From Prochlorococcus sp. AG-436-C13 (GTDB lineage Bacteria; Cyanobacteriota; Cyanobacteriia; PCC-6307; Cyanobiaceae): 64,000 bases of DNA. Shown piece after piece: positions 33,739-42,001 of this stretch. Every line of letters starts with the position of its first letter. The first letter of the stretch is position 1. The notes under the pieces were generated by a model. It had not been told where the DNA came from. It saw nothing but the letters and a program-made list of their open reading frames with translations, and searched no databases. A program made the position numbers and the translations under genes. The stretch lies in assembly GCA_003212695.1 (NCBI GenBank), contig QCPC01000003.1, forward strand, positions 1,141 to 65,140. The letters are read 5' to 3'.

Positions 33739-33814
33739 GTTTCGGGTTGGCCTCCACCTGACAGGGATACAAAGAAATAATCCTTGATCACCCGAAACAG
33801 TCAGATGTGCGGAG
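33739..33814 (-). promoter_or_regulatory. rpsB 5' leader (S2 autoregulatory element, t44/tff-like RNA)
   Basis: GC-rich leader with GCACA...GGGTG...GTGGAGGC..AACCC elements and the GTTTCGGGT/ACCCGAAAC complementary pair just upstream of rpsB. Confidence 0.8.
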
Positions 33815-33847
33815 TTAATTTACTTATTTAATCTATCAAATACAAGG

Positions 33848-34780
33848 TCAATAAAATCGATTTAATGACGCTTCCCTATAAATCTGTCTAACATTTATAC
33901 GATTCAAAGGAATGCGCAGTAACTCCATAGCAAAACCTGGATACCCCCTTTTTATTAAAAATTTCAGCAAAGGTCTAAGGCTAAACTCATTAATTAATCC
34001 TCCTACTGTCAAGGTTTCCCAAATAAACCTATGAAGCAAGGTGAACTGAATTATGCATCTTACCCTTATAGTCGGATGCTTTCTATAGAAAACAATTGCC
34101 ATTTTTGCTCTCTCAATCTCTATACGAACAAGTGTTGGAATTTGATCAATCGTTAAAGCAGGGTGCCAATGATAACCAACCGCTTTAGGACACCTAATCA
34201 ACTCAGTTCCCATTTGACGAAGGCGTTCTCCTAGCTCTAAGTCTTCCCATCCATAAAGGCTAAAAGCAGGATCAAAAAGGCCTGAATCATTTAAAAGATT
34301 TTTATCAATTGCTACATTCCCAGTTGCAAAATACGCCCACGAAAGGTCAGAGAACTTAAAGCGTTCAGAAGTGGGCTCATCATAATTACTTGTATTGACA
34401 ACTCCGCCATAAGTAAAACAAATCCTATTCCCCCTCCTTAACCAAGCTTTTCTAAGAGAGCTTGCATGACTTTCAAGAAAAGAGTCAGTAACAACCAAAT
34501 CACTATCAATAAAAACTATTACTTCTCCTTTAGACTCTAAAACCCCTTTATTTCTAGCTGCTCCTGGACCAGCATGATTTTGCCTTATAAGACGCACATG
34601 ACTAAAAAGATCAGACTGATTTTCTAAAAAAGAACAAGTTCCATCATCTGATCCATCGTCTACAACTAAAACTTCATATTGATTAACTTCATTAAATATT
34701 TTTTGATTTTCTAAAGCAAGTAAACACTTCTGCAAAATCGACAAGCGATTATATGTTGGTATAACAACACTTACAAACAT
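33848..34780 (-). CDS. Family 2 glycosyltransferase
   Basis: SVVIPTYN, VVDDGSDD, AARNKG, FIDSD and GWEDLELG motifs. Confidence 0.93.
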   Translation of the reverse strand: MFVSVVIPTYNRLSILQKCLLALENQKIFNEVNQYEVLVVDDGSDDGTCSFLENQSDLFSHVRLIRQNHAGPGAARNKGVLESKGEVIVFIDSDLVVTDSFLESHASSLRKAWLRRGNRICFTYGGVVNTSNYDEPTSERFKFSDLSWAYFATGNVAIDKNLLNDSGLFDPAFSLYGWEDLELGERLRQMGTELIRCPKAVGYHWHPALTIDQIPTLVRIEIERAKMAIVFYRKHPTIRVRCIIQFTLLHRFIWETLTVGGLINEFSLRPLLKFLIKRGYPGFAMELLRIPLNRINVRQIYREASLNRFY

Positions 34781-34876
34781 TAAGAAAATTCCAATCTCAT
34801 TGAAAGATGCAAATCCAAATCTCTATAAGGAGGTAACGCTGGCAAATAATTAGGGTTTAATTTAAAATCCAAAACC

Positions 34877-35026
34877 CTAATCTGCAGCACCTCCATTGTT
34901 GGCTGTACCAGTAACTCCGTTACCAGCGCCAGACCCATCTGAACGAAGCTTCCTTTTCTTAAACTTCCTTGCATAGGCACGATTCCTTTCTTGCTTTTCT
35001 TTCTTGAGATTTCTTCGCTTTGACAT
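34877..35026 (-). CDS. 49 aa highly basic small protein (not in ORF track)
   Basis: Hand-translated from ATG 35026 to TAG 34877: MSKRRNLKKEKQERNRAYARKFKKRKLRSDGSGAGNGVTGTANNGGAAD. It fills the devA-GT2 gap co-directionally. Confidence 0.8.
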   Translation of the reverse strand: MSKRRNLKKEKQERNRAYARKFKKRKLRSDGSGAGNGVTGTANNGGAAD

Positions 35027-35052
35027 ACTTTTAAATTTATATATTAAACAGC

Positions 35053-35763
35053 CTACTCAATAACAGGCTGCAATCTTCCATCTTCCATTTTTATTAGACG
35101 ATCTGCCACATCAAGTATCCTTGGATCATGAGTAACCATCAAGACAGAACAGTGCTGATTTACAGCTAAACGCTTTAATAATGAAACGATTTCCCTTCCT
35201 GTAACGCTATCAAGAGCTGAAGTTGGCTCGTCAGCAAGTAACAATTTTGGACGAGCAGAAAGAGCTCTTGCTATTGCAACTCTCTGTTTTTGTCCTCCTG
35301 AAAGATCATGAGGCAATTTGCTCATCTGATCTTCAAGACCAACTGCTCTTAACCATTCTCTTGCGTGATCTCGTCTATCTCTATAGGAAAGTCCTCTTAA
35401 TAAATCTGATCCCATTTGAACATTTTGTTCTGCAGTTAAACACCGAAGAAGATTATGCCCTTGAAAAATCATTCCAATATTTTTCCTAAGAATTTGACGA
35501 GTTTTCCTTAAAGAACCTCTTAGTTGATTCCCAAGAACAAATAAATCTCCTTGTTCTACTTTCCTTAAAGCTCCGATCAAAGTTAATAAAGTTGTTTTCC
35601 CGCAACCTGAAGGACCAGTAAGTAAAACTACTTCTCCAGGTTCGATTTTCATAGAAACATTATGAAGGACTTGTTTTCTATTTATTCCTTTCCCATACCA
35701 ATGGCTTAATGATTCAATCTGAACTGTTGAAATATTAAATTTAGAGTTATTGAAAGATTTCAC
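35053..35763 (-). CDS. devA: DevA-family ABC exporter ATP-binding protein
   Basis: GPSGCGKTT, IFQGHNL, LSGGQKQR, ADEPT and VTHD motifs; start moved to GTG 35763 after the devC stop. Confidence 0.9.
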   Translation of the reverse strand: MKSFNNSKFNISTVQIESLSHWYGKGINRKQVLHNVSMKIEPGEVVLLTGPSGCGKTTLLTLIGALRKVEQGDLFVLGNQLRGSLRKTRQILRKNIGMIFQGHNLLRCLTAEQNVQMGSDLLRGLSYRDRRDHAREWLRAVGLEDQMSKLPHDLSGGQKQRVAIARALSARPKLLLADEPTSALDSVTGREIVSLLKRLAVNQHCSVLMVTHDPRILDVADRLIKMEDGRLQPVIE

Positions 35764-35776
35764 AATAAAAAGTAAA

Positions 35777-36949
35777 TTAGAAAATCTCAGCTGGATCTGC
35801 ATCAACTAATTTTCTCATTGCTACTGAAGCAGATGCCATACACATAAATAGGATCAAGAAGAAAACCAGAAAAGCTCTTTGTGAATCCATTTCAACTGGC
35901 AATTTAGTAGAACTCCTAACCAAAGCATATAAAGCTTGTCCAGAGATATAAGCAGGTACATATCCCATAATGGCAAGAAATATCCCTTCTCTAGCTACAA
36001 CACCAAATAAAGTTTTAAGCCTATATCCCATAGCTAGTAATGTTGCATATTCTGCTAAATGATCACTAACATCGCTATACAGAATCTGATAAACAATTAC
36101 ACAACCAACAATAAATCCCATACCAGCTCCAAGTGTAAAGATAAATCCAATAGAGGTGCTAGTTCGCCAATAATTTTTTTCAAAATCTATAAATTCCTTT
36201 CTTGTAAAAACCTTTACATCATTAGGCAAGCTGGCTGTTAATGATTCAATAACTTGTTCTGGATCAGCCTCAGGGCGTAATCTAATAAGACCAATTTCAA
36301 TGCTCCCAGGAGGTGTGGTTGGCAATAACTTAAGAAAGGTTTCTCGACTTGTAATCAAATTTCCATCTGCGCCAAATGAAGGTCCAAGGCTAACTAAACC
36401 AGCTACGCGAACTCTTTTTCCTGCTACTTCTGTCTCTACAACCTTACCTTCAGCAAACCATTTAGGAACAGGACCAAATTCCTCTCGTGAAAGTACATCA
36501 AATAACACTCGGCCTGAACTTTTAAGTGCTTGAGCTTTAATCTGAAAACCAGGATCTAATAAAAGTGGATCACTTGGTTCAAAGCCTAAAGCTAATATCG
36601 CCCTAGTGGAAAGAGTTTGAGGATTTCGCCAAAGTAAAAAGTTCCAATTTACAGGAGTTGTACCAATAACATCCTTATGTGCCATTGTCTGAACAAGTCT
36701 TCTTCTTGGGAATCCGCTCATACTGATTGAGCTCATTGATCTAGGACTCATCAAAACCAAATCAGTGTCAAACAATCTGTGAACAGTAACACTTGCATCA
36801 AACAAGCCATCTCTAAAACCTAATTGCATAAACATAAGAATCCCAGCAAAGCAAATCCCTGCTATTGCTACTAATAATCGCAATGGCTGTCTTGTTAACA
36901 ACAACCATGCCAAAGGAATCCCACGATTCTGCCAAAAATTATTTTTCAC
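35777..36949 (-). CDS. devC: DevC-family ABC exporter permease
   Basis: IPLAWL.L, FMQLGF, YQILYSDV.DHL.EYATL.AMG and ADPAEIF motifs. Confidence 0.92.
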   Translation of the reverse strand: MKNNFWQNRGIPLAWLLLTRQPLRLLVAIAGICFAGILMFMQLGFRDGLFDASVTVHRLFDTDLVLMSPRSMSSISMSGFPRRRLVQTMAHKDVIGTTPVNWNFLLWRNPQTLSTRAILALGFEPSDPLLLDPGFQIKAQALKSSGRVLFDVLSREEFGPVPKWFAEGKVVETEVAGKRVRVAGLVSLGPSFGADGNLITSRETFLKLLPTTPPGSIEIGLIRLRPEADPEQVIESLTASLPNDVKVFTRKEFIDFEKNYWRTSTSIGFIFTLGAGMGFIVGCVIVYQILYSDVSDHLAEYATLLAMGYRLKTLFGVVAREGIFLAIMGYVPAYISGQALYALVRSSTKLPVEMDSQRAFLVFFLILFMCMASASVAMRKLVDADPAEIF

Positions 36950-37848
36950 TATGGTTTAAACCTTGCTATTACTTTCATTCCTGTATAGCTTTTTACTTTT
37001 GATGACGAACTTGGCTCAAGTGTAATTCTTACTTCCACAACTCTTGCATCTGCATCACCTGTTGGATCTGTTGCTAAAACTTTTCTTTGGCTTACTTGAG
37101 GACTAATTTTTCCAACTGTTCCAAAAAGGACTCCACTAAAGCCCCCATTCTCGCTAATCAAAGATACTTTCTGACCAAGACTAACTCTATTTATATCAGA
37201 CTCATATACTTCAATAATGGCTTCCATTCTCTGATTTGAACCAACTTGAAGAACACCATCTGAACTAGGTCTTTCACCTTCTCTAAAATTTACTTTAAGA
37301 ACTGTTCCATCTATAGGACTTTTTAATTGACTATCTGAAAAATCAACTTCGAGGCCACTTATTTCTGCTAGAAGTTCTTCCTTTTTACCAAACAAATCAT
37401 TTAGAACATCATTCTTATTTTCAAGAAAAATTTTAGGAGAAGCCCCTTGAGAAACGGATTCTATATATCTAGAAATTTGCCTTTCTTGAGCGCTGATATT
37501 TTTATTCAGTGTATTTAAACGTGCCTTAGCTATTTCCAAATCAGCAAGAATACGAGGTTGATTATCAAAAATGGCAAGTATCTGCCCAGTTACAACCTCA
37601 TCACCCTCTTCAACTAATAAGTTAGCAATCCTAGGAGTTCCTCCAAAACCACTTATAGGGGCTGCTAGCATTCTGATCTCTCCAGAAGGAGAAAGTTGAC
37701 CTAGAGCAGCAACAGCCTCAATAGTTCTAACCATATTGACATCGCTAACAATTTCTTTTTTTTGTGGAGTTCTTCTTGAAAAAATAAAAATAGATAATAT
37801 TCCTAAAAGAGCAAATCCAGCGTAAAAGATTTGACTAAACTTCTTCAT
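36949..37848 (-). CDS. devB: DevB/HlyD-family membrane fusion protein
   Basis: N-terminal TM, VAALG.L.P, biotinyl-lipoyl-like LLVEEGD.V..GQ, EVYESDI and DARVVEV. Confidence 0.9.
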   Translation of the reverse strand: MKKFSQIFYAGFALLGILSIFIFSRRTPQKKEIVSDVNMVRTIEAVAALGQLSPSGEIRMLAAPISGFGGTPRIANLLVEEGDEVVTGQILAIFDNQPRILADLEIAKARLNTLNKNISAQERQISRYIESVSQGASPKIFLENKNDVLNDLFGKKEELLAEISGLEVDFSDSQLKSPIDGTVLKVNFREGERPSSDGVLQVGSNQRMEAIIEVYESDINRVSLGQKVSLISENGGFSGVLFGTVGKISPQVSQRKVLATDPTGDADARVVEVRITLEPSSSSKVKSYTGMKVIARFKP

Positions 37849-38558
37849 TATAAAATTGCTTCTGGTGAATCAAAAAGTACCATTTCAATATATTTTTCTG
37901 TCCAATCTGATCCAAAAATATTAGTTAAAACATTTCTAGTTTTATCGTTAAGTTTTTGCTGTTGACAATAATATATTTGTCTCTCCAGCCTTTCATAAGA
38001 AATAGACGAATCATTAGGATCAGGTTTTATAGAATCCCTATAACTTAAAAGTATATCCATAAATTGATCTACTAACTTTAAAAAATAATCATTTTCTAAA
38101 GTGTTCATAGGAGTTATAAATTGAACATACGATGAAAATATATCTCCCCAATCAGGTAATTTCCTAACTTTTTCGAAGTCAGGAATATCTGCTTTCATTA
38201 ACTCAATTTCAATTTGAGAAGGAAGATTTTTCCTAACAGGGGAAAGATCAACTATTGCTGCTGAAATGCCTAATGGATTAGCTACAATGTCAACTCCAAA
38301 GATAGGCAAATCAAAAGCAGGTTGAGGAAAAAATACAGCATGCAAGATTTCCAAGGAAGATCCAAAAACTGCTTTCTCAATATGTAGCTTCCTAAAGCCT
38401 CTAGCTTTATGCAATTCATTAAGAATAAAGAAATCATCTCCCCCTGATTTCCCATAAATATTCCTTAAATCAGGGTCAAGGGTTAATGCCTCAACATCTG
38501 TCAAGCCATTCACTCGTTCCCTAATCCGACCTGCTACTGACTCTAATAAAGGGTTCAG
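37848..38558 (-). CDS. pcyA: Phycocyanobilin:ferredoxin oxidoreductase (start uncertain, see findings)
   Basis: FRKLHIE, ILH.VFFP, LPIFGVD, AAIVDLSP, LPDWGDIFS and Q..NDKTR. The PcyA-like N-terminal helix LNPLLESVAGRIR lies upstream of the GTG 38513 call. Confidence 0.92.
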   Translation of the reverse strand: MNPLLESVAGRIRERVNGLTDVEALTLDPDLRNIYGKSGGDDFFILNELHKARGFRKLHIEKAVFGSSLEILHAVFFPQPAFDLPIFGVDIVANPLGISAAIVDLSPVRKNLPSQIEIELMKADIPDFEKVRKLPDWGDIFSSYVQFITPMNTLENDYFLKLVDQFMDILLSYRDSIKPDPNDSSISYERLERQIYYCQQQKLNDKTRNVLTNIFGSDWTEKYIEMVLFDSPEAIL

Positions 38559-38666
38559 AGGAAAAGATTATGCAAACATTTACACAACATTATGCGAAAA
38601 ACGATCACAATGGAACTTTGATATTCAACTCTGGAGAATTCAATACAAGCGCCAAACGTTAAAACC

Positions 38667-39905
38667 TTGACGCTAAAAAACAAATCAAAATGCATTCTGG
38701 CTGATATGCCTAATGCATCACTAACCTGTGTTGATCTTTGGTGTAAAGGAGGAAGCTATTTTGAAAACGAAGGTGAGGAGGGATTAGCGCATTTTTTAGA
38801 GCATATGATTTTCAAAGGGAGCAGTACATTAAAAGAAGGTGAATTTGATAAAAGAATTGAAGCTCTTGGCGGAAGTAGTAACGCAGCTACAGGATTAGAT
38901 GACGTCCATTATTATGTACTCGTTCCTGAAAATGCTGTTTCAGAGGCAATCAACCTTTTACTAAACTTAGCTCTAACTCCATCAATAGAAGAAAATACTT
39001 ATTTGTTAGAAAGAGAAGTTGTACTTGAAGAGATTGCTCAATACAAAGATCAACCAGAAGAAAAGATTTTTCAAATTCTATTAGAAAAATGTTGGCCAAA
39101 TCATCCTTATGGAAGGTCAATTTTAGGTTTTGAAAAAGCATTAAATTCAATTATGCCTTCTGAAATGAGAAGATTTCACCAAAGGCAATATCGGCCAGAA
39201 AATTTGTGCCTAGGAATTGCTGGTCATATCCCTGAAGACATAGAAAATATTTTAAATAAAAGCGAGCTTTCCAAAATAAAAAACTCCAATTTAGAAAATC
39301 CATTTAGGACAGGTTGTTTAACACCTTCATTTTCTTGCGGGAGAAAAGAAATTGAAATAAAAAGGCTCGAATCATCACGTATCACTATGGCTTGGCCTTT
39401 ACCTCCTGCCAGCAACCAATTAATGATCATAGGAGGAGATATAGCGACATCACTTCTTGCAGAAGGCCGATCTAGCCGACTAGTAAGGCATTTACGTGAA
39501 AATCTGCAAATAGTTGATTCAATAGAAATGGATATTACCCCTCTTGAACAAGGTAGCCTTGTAATTTTAGAAGCATCATGTTTAGAAAATAATCTAGATA
39601 AAGTTGAGAGGGAGATAAACCTAATACTTAAAGACTGTCTGATTAATAAGCCAAGTAATAAAGAAATAGCTAGAGCAAAGCAATTAGTAAATAGCAGTAT
39701 TTGTTTTGGATTAGAACTTCCTGCCCAGATTACTGGAACAATTGCATCACAAACTTTATGGAATAGAGACCAAACATTATTAGGGCCTATAAAACTAATA
39801 GATTACTGGGAAAGTGAAAGTATTCAATCAAAATTACTAACAAGAATTCAACCAGAATGTAGTTATACATTAATAGCAAGAGCAGCTAAAAAAAGAAATA
39901 AATGA
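38667..39905 (+). CDS. M16 (insulinase/pitrilysin) zinc peptidase, catalytic subunit
   Basis: HFLEH (HxxEH) motif, NAATG, ER.VVLEE and HPYGR. Confidence 0.93.
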   Translation: MTLKNKSKCILADMPNASLTCVDLWCKGGSYFENEGEEGLAHFLEHMIFKGSSTLKEGEFDKRIEALGGSSNAATGLDDVHYYVLVPENAVSEAINLLLNLALTPSIEENTYLLEREVVLEEIAQYKDQPEEKIFQILLEKCWPNHPYGRSILGFEKALNSIMPSEMRRFHQRQYRPENLCLGIAGHIPEDIENILNKSELSKIKNSNLENPFRTGCLTPSFSCGRKEIEIKRLESSRITMAWPLPPASNQLMIIGGDIATSLLAEGRSSRLVRHLRENLQIVDSIEMDITPLEQGSLVILEASCLENNLDKVEREINLILKDCLINKPSNKEIARAKQLVNSSICFGLELPAQITGTIASQTLWNRDQTLLGPIKLIDYWESESIQSKLLTRIQPECSYTLIARAAKKRNK

Positions 39906-41158
39906 GCTCATTAAATATTATTCTAGATCCTTGTGCATCCCCTGGAATACTTTCAGCAAAATTATGGATTAGAGAGGGTAGCAGAGCTGATCCAATTAAT
40001 AAAAAAGGTATGCATAATCTTTTAGGTTTACTATTATCTAGAGGTTGTGGTCCTTATAATAATGAAGATCTTGCAGATATTATTGAAGGTTCTGGAGCTG
40101 AACTTTTATGCGAGACCTATGAAGATGGCTTAATGATATCGCTTAAATGTACTGAAACAAAAAGTTCAACACTTCTGCCTATACTAGATTATATGATAAC
40201 AGCGCCTCATCTTGAAAAATCTCAATTAAACCTAGAAAGAAATCTTATAATTCAATCAATAAATAGGCAAAAAGAAAATCCATTCAACCTAACCTTTAGA
40301 AAATGGAAACAAGTACTTTACAATAATCACCCTTATAGTCATGAGACAATTGGAGAAGAAAAAGAACTCAAATCCATAAAGATAGAAGAGATAAAATTGC
40401 TTTCTAAGAAGTTTCTACACAGAGAAAAAGTAATAATAATAGCAGGAACTTTACCCAAAAAAACAGAAAGTTACCTTCAGGATTTAAAAAGTAAGAGTTC
40501 TAGTAATTTAATTATAGATAAAGGTTTAAAATTAAGTCCATTGCAAAAATTTAATTCAGATAAGAGCTATTCAAAATCTATAGTTCTTTCTCCTATAGAG
40601 ACAAATCAAGTTGTAATAATAATAGGGACATTGACAATACCCCATTGCCATCCTGATGATTTAATACTTCGACTTCTCGCTTGTCATCTTGGAGCAGGTA
40701 TGTCTAGCGTACTTTTTAAAACATTAAGAGAAAAAAATGGATTAGCATATGATGTAGGAGCATATCACCCAATAAGAGAATATGAATCACCTTTCCTAAT
40801 TCATGCTTCTTCTAGTAATAAGAAATCTTTGCTTTCACTTAAACTTCTTAAGAAATGCTGGGAAGATATTCAGAACATAGAAATTTCAGAAGAAGAGCTA
40901 GATCTAGCCAAATCTAAATTTAAAGGTAATCTAGCTTATAATTCACAGACAATATCTCAAAGAGCAGAAAGAAAAGCACATCTTATTGGTATTAAGGTTA
41001 ATTCAAATATTGATTATAATAATTTAGGAAGGCTTGAGCATATAACAACCGAAGAGATAAGAATCTGTGCTCTAAAGTATTTTAAAAAACCCTTACTTAG
41101 TATTTCAGGACAAAAAGAATACCTAGACAAGTTAAGTCAGATATGGATTGCAAAATAA
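39902..41158 (+). CDS. M16 peptidase, non-catalytic partner subunit
   Basis: M16 fold motifs without HxxEH; LREKNGLAY (R/Y pair); overlaps the upstream stop. Confidence 0.88.
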   Translation: MSSLNIILDPCASPGILSAKLWIREGSRADPINKKGMHNLLGLLLSRGCGPYNNEDLADIIEGSGAELLCETYEDGLMISLKCTETKSSTLLPILDYMITAPHLEKSQLNLERNLIIQSINRQKENPFNLTFRKWKQVLYNNHPYSHETIGEEKELKSIKIEEIKLLSKKFLHREKVIIIAGTLPKKTESYLQDLKSKSSSNLIIDKGLKLSPLQKFNSDKSYSKSIVLSPIETNQVVIIIGTLTIPHCHPDDLILRLLACHLGAGMSSVLFKTLREKNGLAYDVGAYHPIREYESPFLIHASSSNKKSLLSLKLLKKCWEDIQNIEISEEELDLAKSKFKGNLAYNSQTISQRAERKAHLIGIKVNSNIDYNNLGRLEHITTEEIRICALKYFKKPLLSISGQKEYLDKLSQIWIAK

Positions 41159-41186
41159 TTTGGAATTAATATAATATTGATATATT

Positions 41187-41885
41187 TTATTTAGAAATAT
41201 ATCCAACTATATCTATATACCTATCATCCTTTTCATATACACTAAGATTTTTTATACCGGCTGATTCTATATAGCCCTCAACCTCCTTGCAGGTATGAGC
41301 TGCTAACAAAGAAGCTGTGAAATCCCTTACCAAAATTTCAGGTGCATTAACAAGGTTTCTTTTTTGTATATCTAAAACCTCTTCAAATGTATTGGGTCTG
41401 CGTAAGTCTCGATGAAAATGAATAGCACCATTTTTTGAGATATTTATCAGAGCAGAAAAGAACGAAGATGGATCATGTATGTGATGAATAAGACTATTGC
41501 TCACAACAACATCAGCACAATCTTTAAACAATGATTTATCTGTCGTTAACGAAGAAATATTCATTTTTTTGTAGACAAGTCTTTTAAAAGATGTTTTTCG
41601 ATCATTTAACCTTTTTCTTTCATTTGCAACTCTAATCATCTCAATAGAGTCATCTATGCCATAGACCTTTGCTCTTCTCCATCTAGAGGCAATTCGCTCG
41701 GAAATATTTCCTGGCCCGCAGCCAAGATCAAGTATAAGTGGCTCTTCGAGCATAAATTCATAATTTCTTAACGTCTCTGCGAGCTGATTGACCATTGACT
41801 CTTCTGATAGAGAAAAATCAGCCTCCATATATGCTTTAACTTGATCTGGATCAGTCATTAATTCTTCTTCTGTAACACGTTTCAC
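41187..41885 (-). CDS. Class I SAM-dependent methyltransferase
   Basis: ILDLGCGPG, GIDDS, SNSLIHH and DLRRP motifs. Confidence 0.9.
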   Translation of the reverse strand: MKRVTEEELMTDPDQVKAYMEADFSLSEESMVNQLAETLRNYEFMLEEPLILDLGCGPGNISERIASRWRRAKVYGIDDSIEMIRVANERKRLNDRKTSFKRLVYKKMNISSLTTDKSLFKDCADVVVSNSLIHHIHDPSSFFSALINISKNGAIHFHRDLRRPNTFEEVLDIQKRNLVNAPEILVRDFTASLLAAHTCKEVEGYIESAGIKNLSVYEKDDRYIDIVGYISK

Positions 41886-41921
41886 AATTAAAACCCTAGT
41901 AAAACAGCCTTATTAAGCATG

Positions 41922-41969
41922 ACACTGTCAATGGTGGTAAAAATTACTTGCATACGCTAGTTATGGAGT
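41922..41969. promoter_or_regulatory. Tandem NrdR boxes upstream of nrdJ
   Basis: ACACTGTCAATGGTGG (41922-41937) and ACGCTAGTTATGGAGT (41954-41969) resemble the consensus acaCwAtATaTwGtgt and are offset by 32 bp. Confidence 0.75.
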
Positions 41970-42001
41970 TAGCGTGCTTAGTACTTGCAGAATCAAAGAC
42001 T

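Noticed and set aside
34780-34980. 66 aa ORF-track call
   Set aside because: An overlapping frame (34877-35026) gives a far more protein-like product with a clean ATG.
41880-42000. Cobalamin riboswitch upstream of nrdJ
   Set aside because: The region is too short and lacks B12-box motifs.
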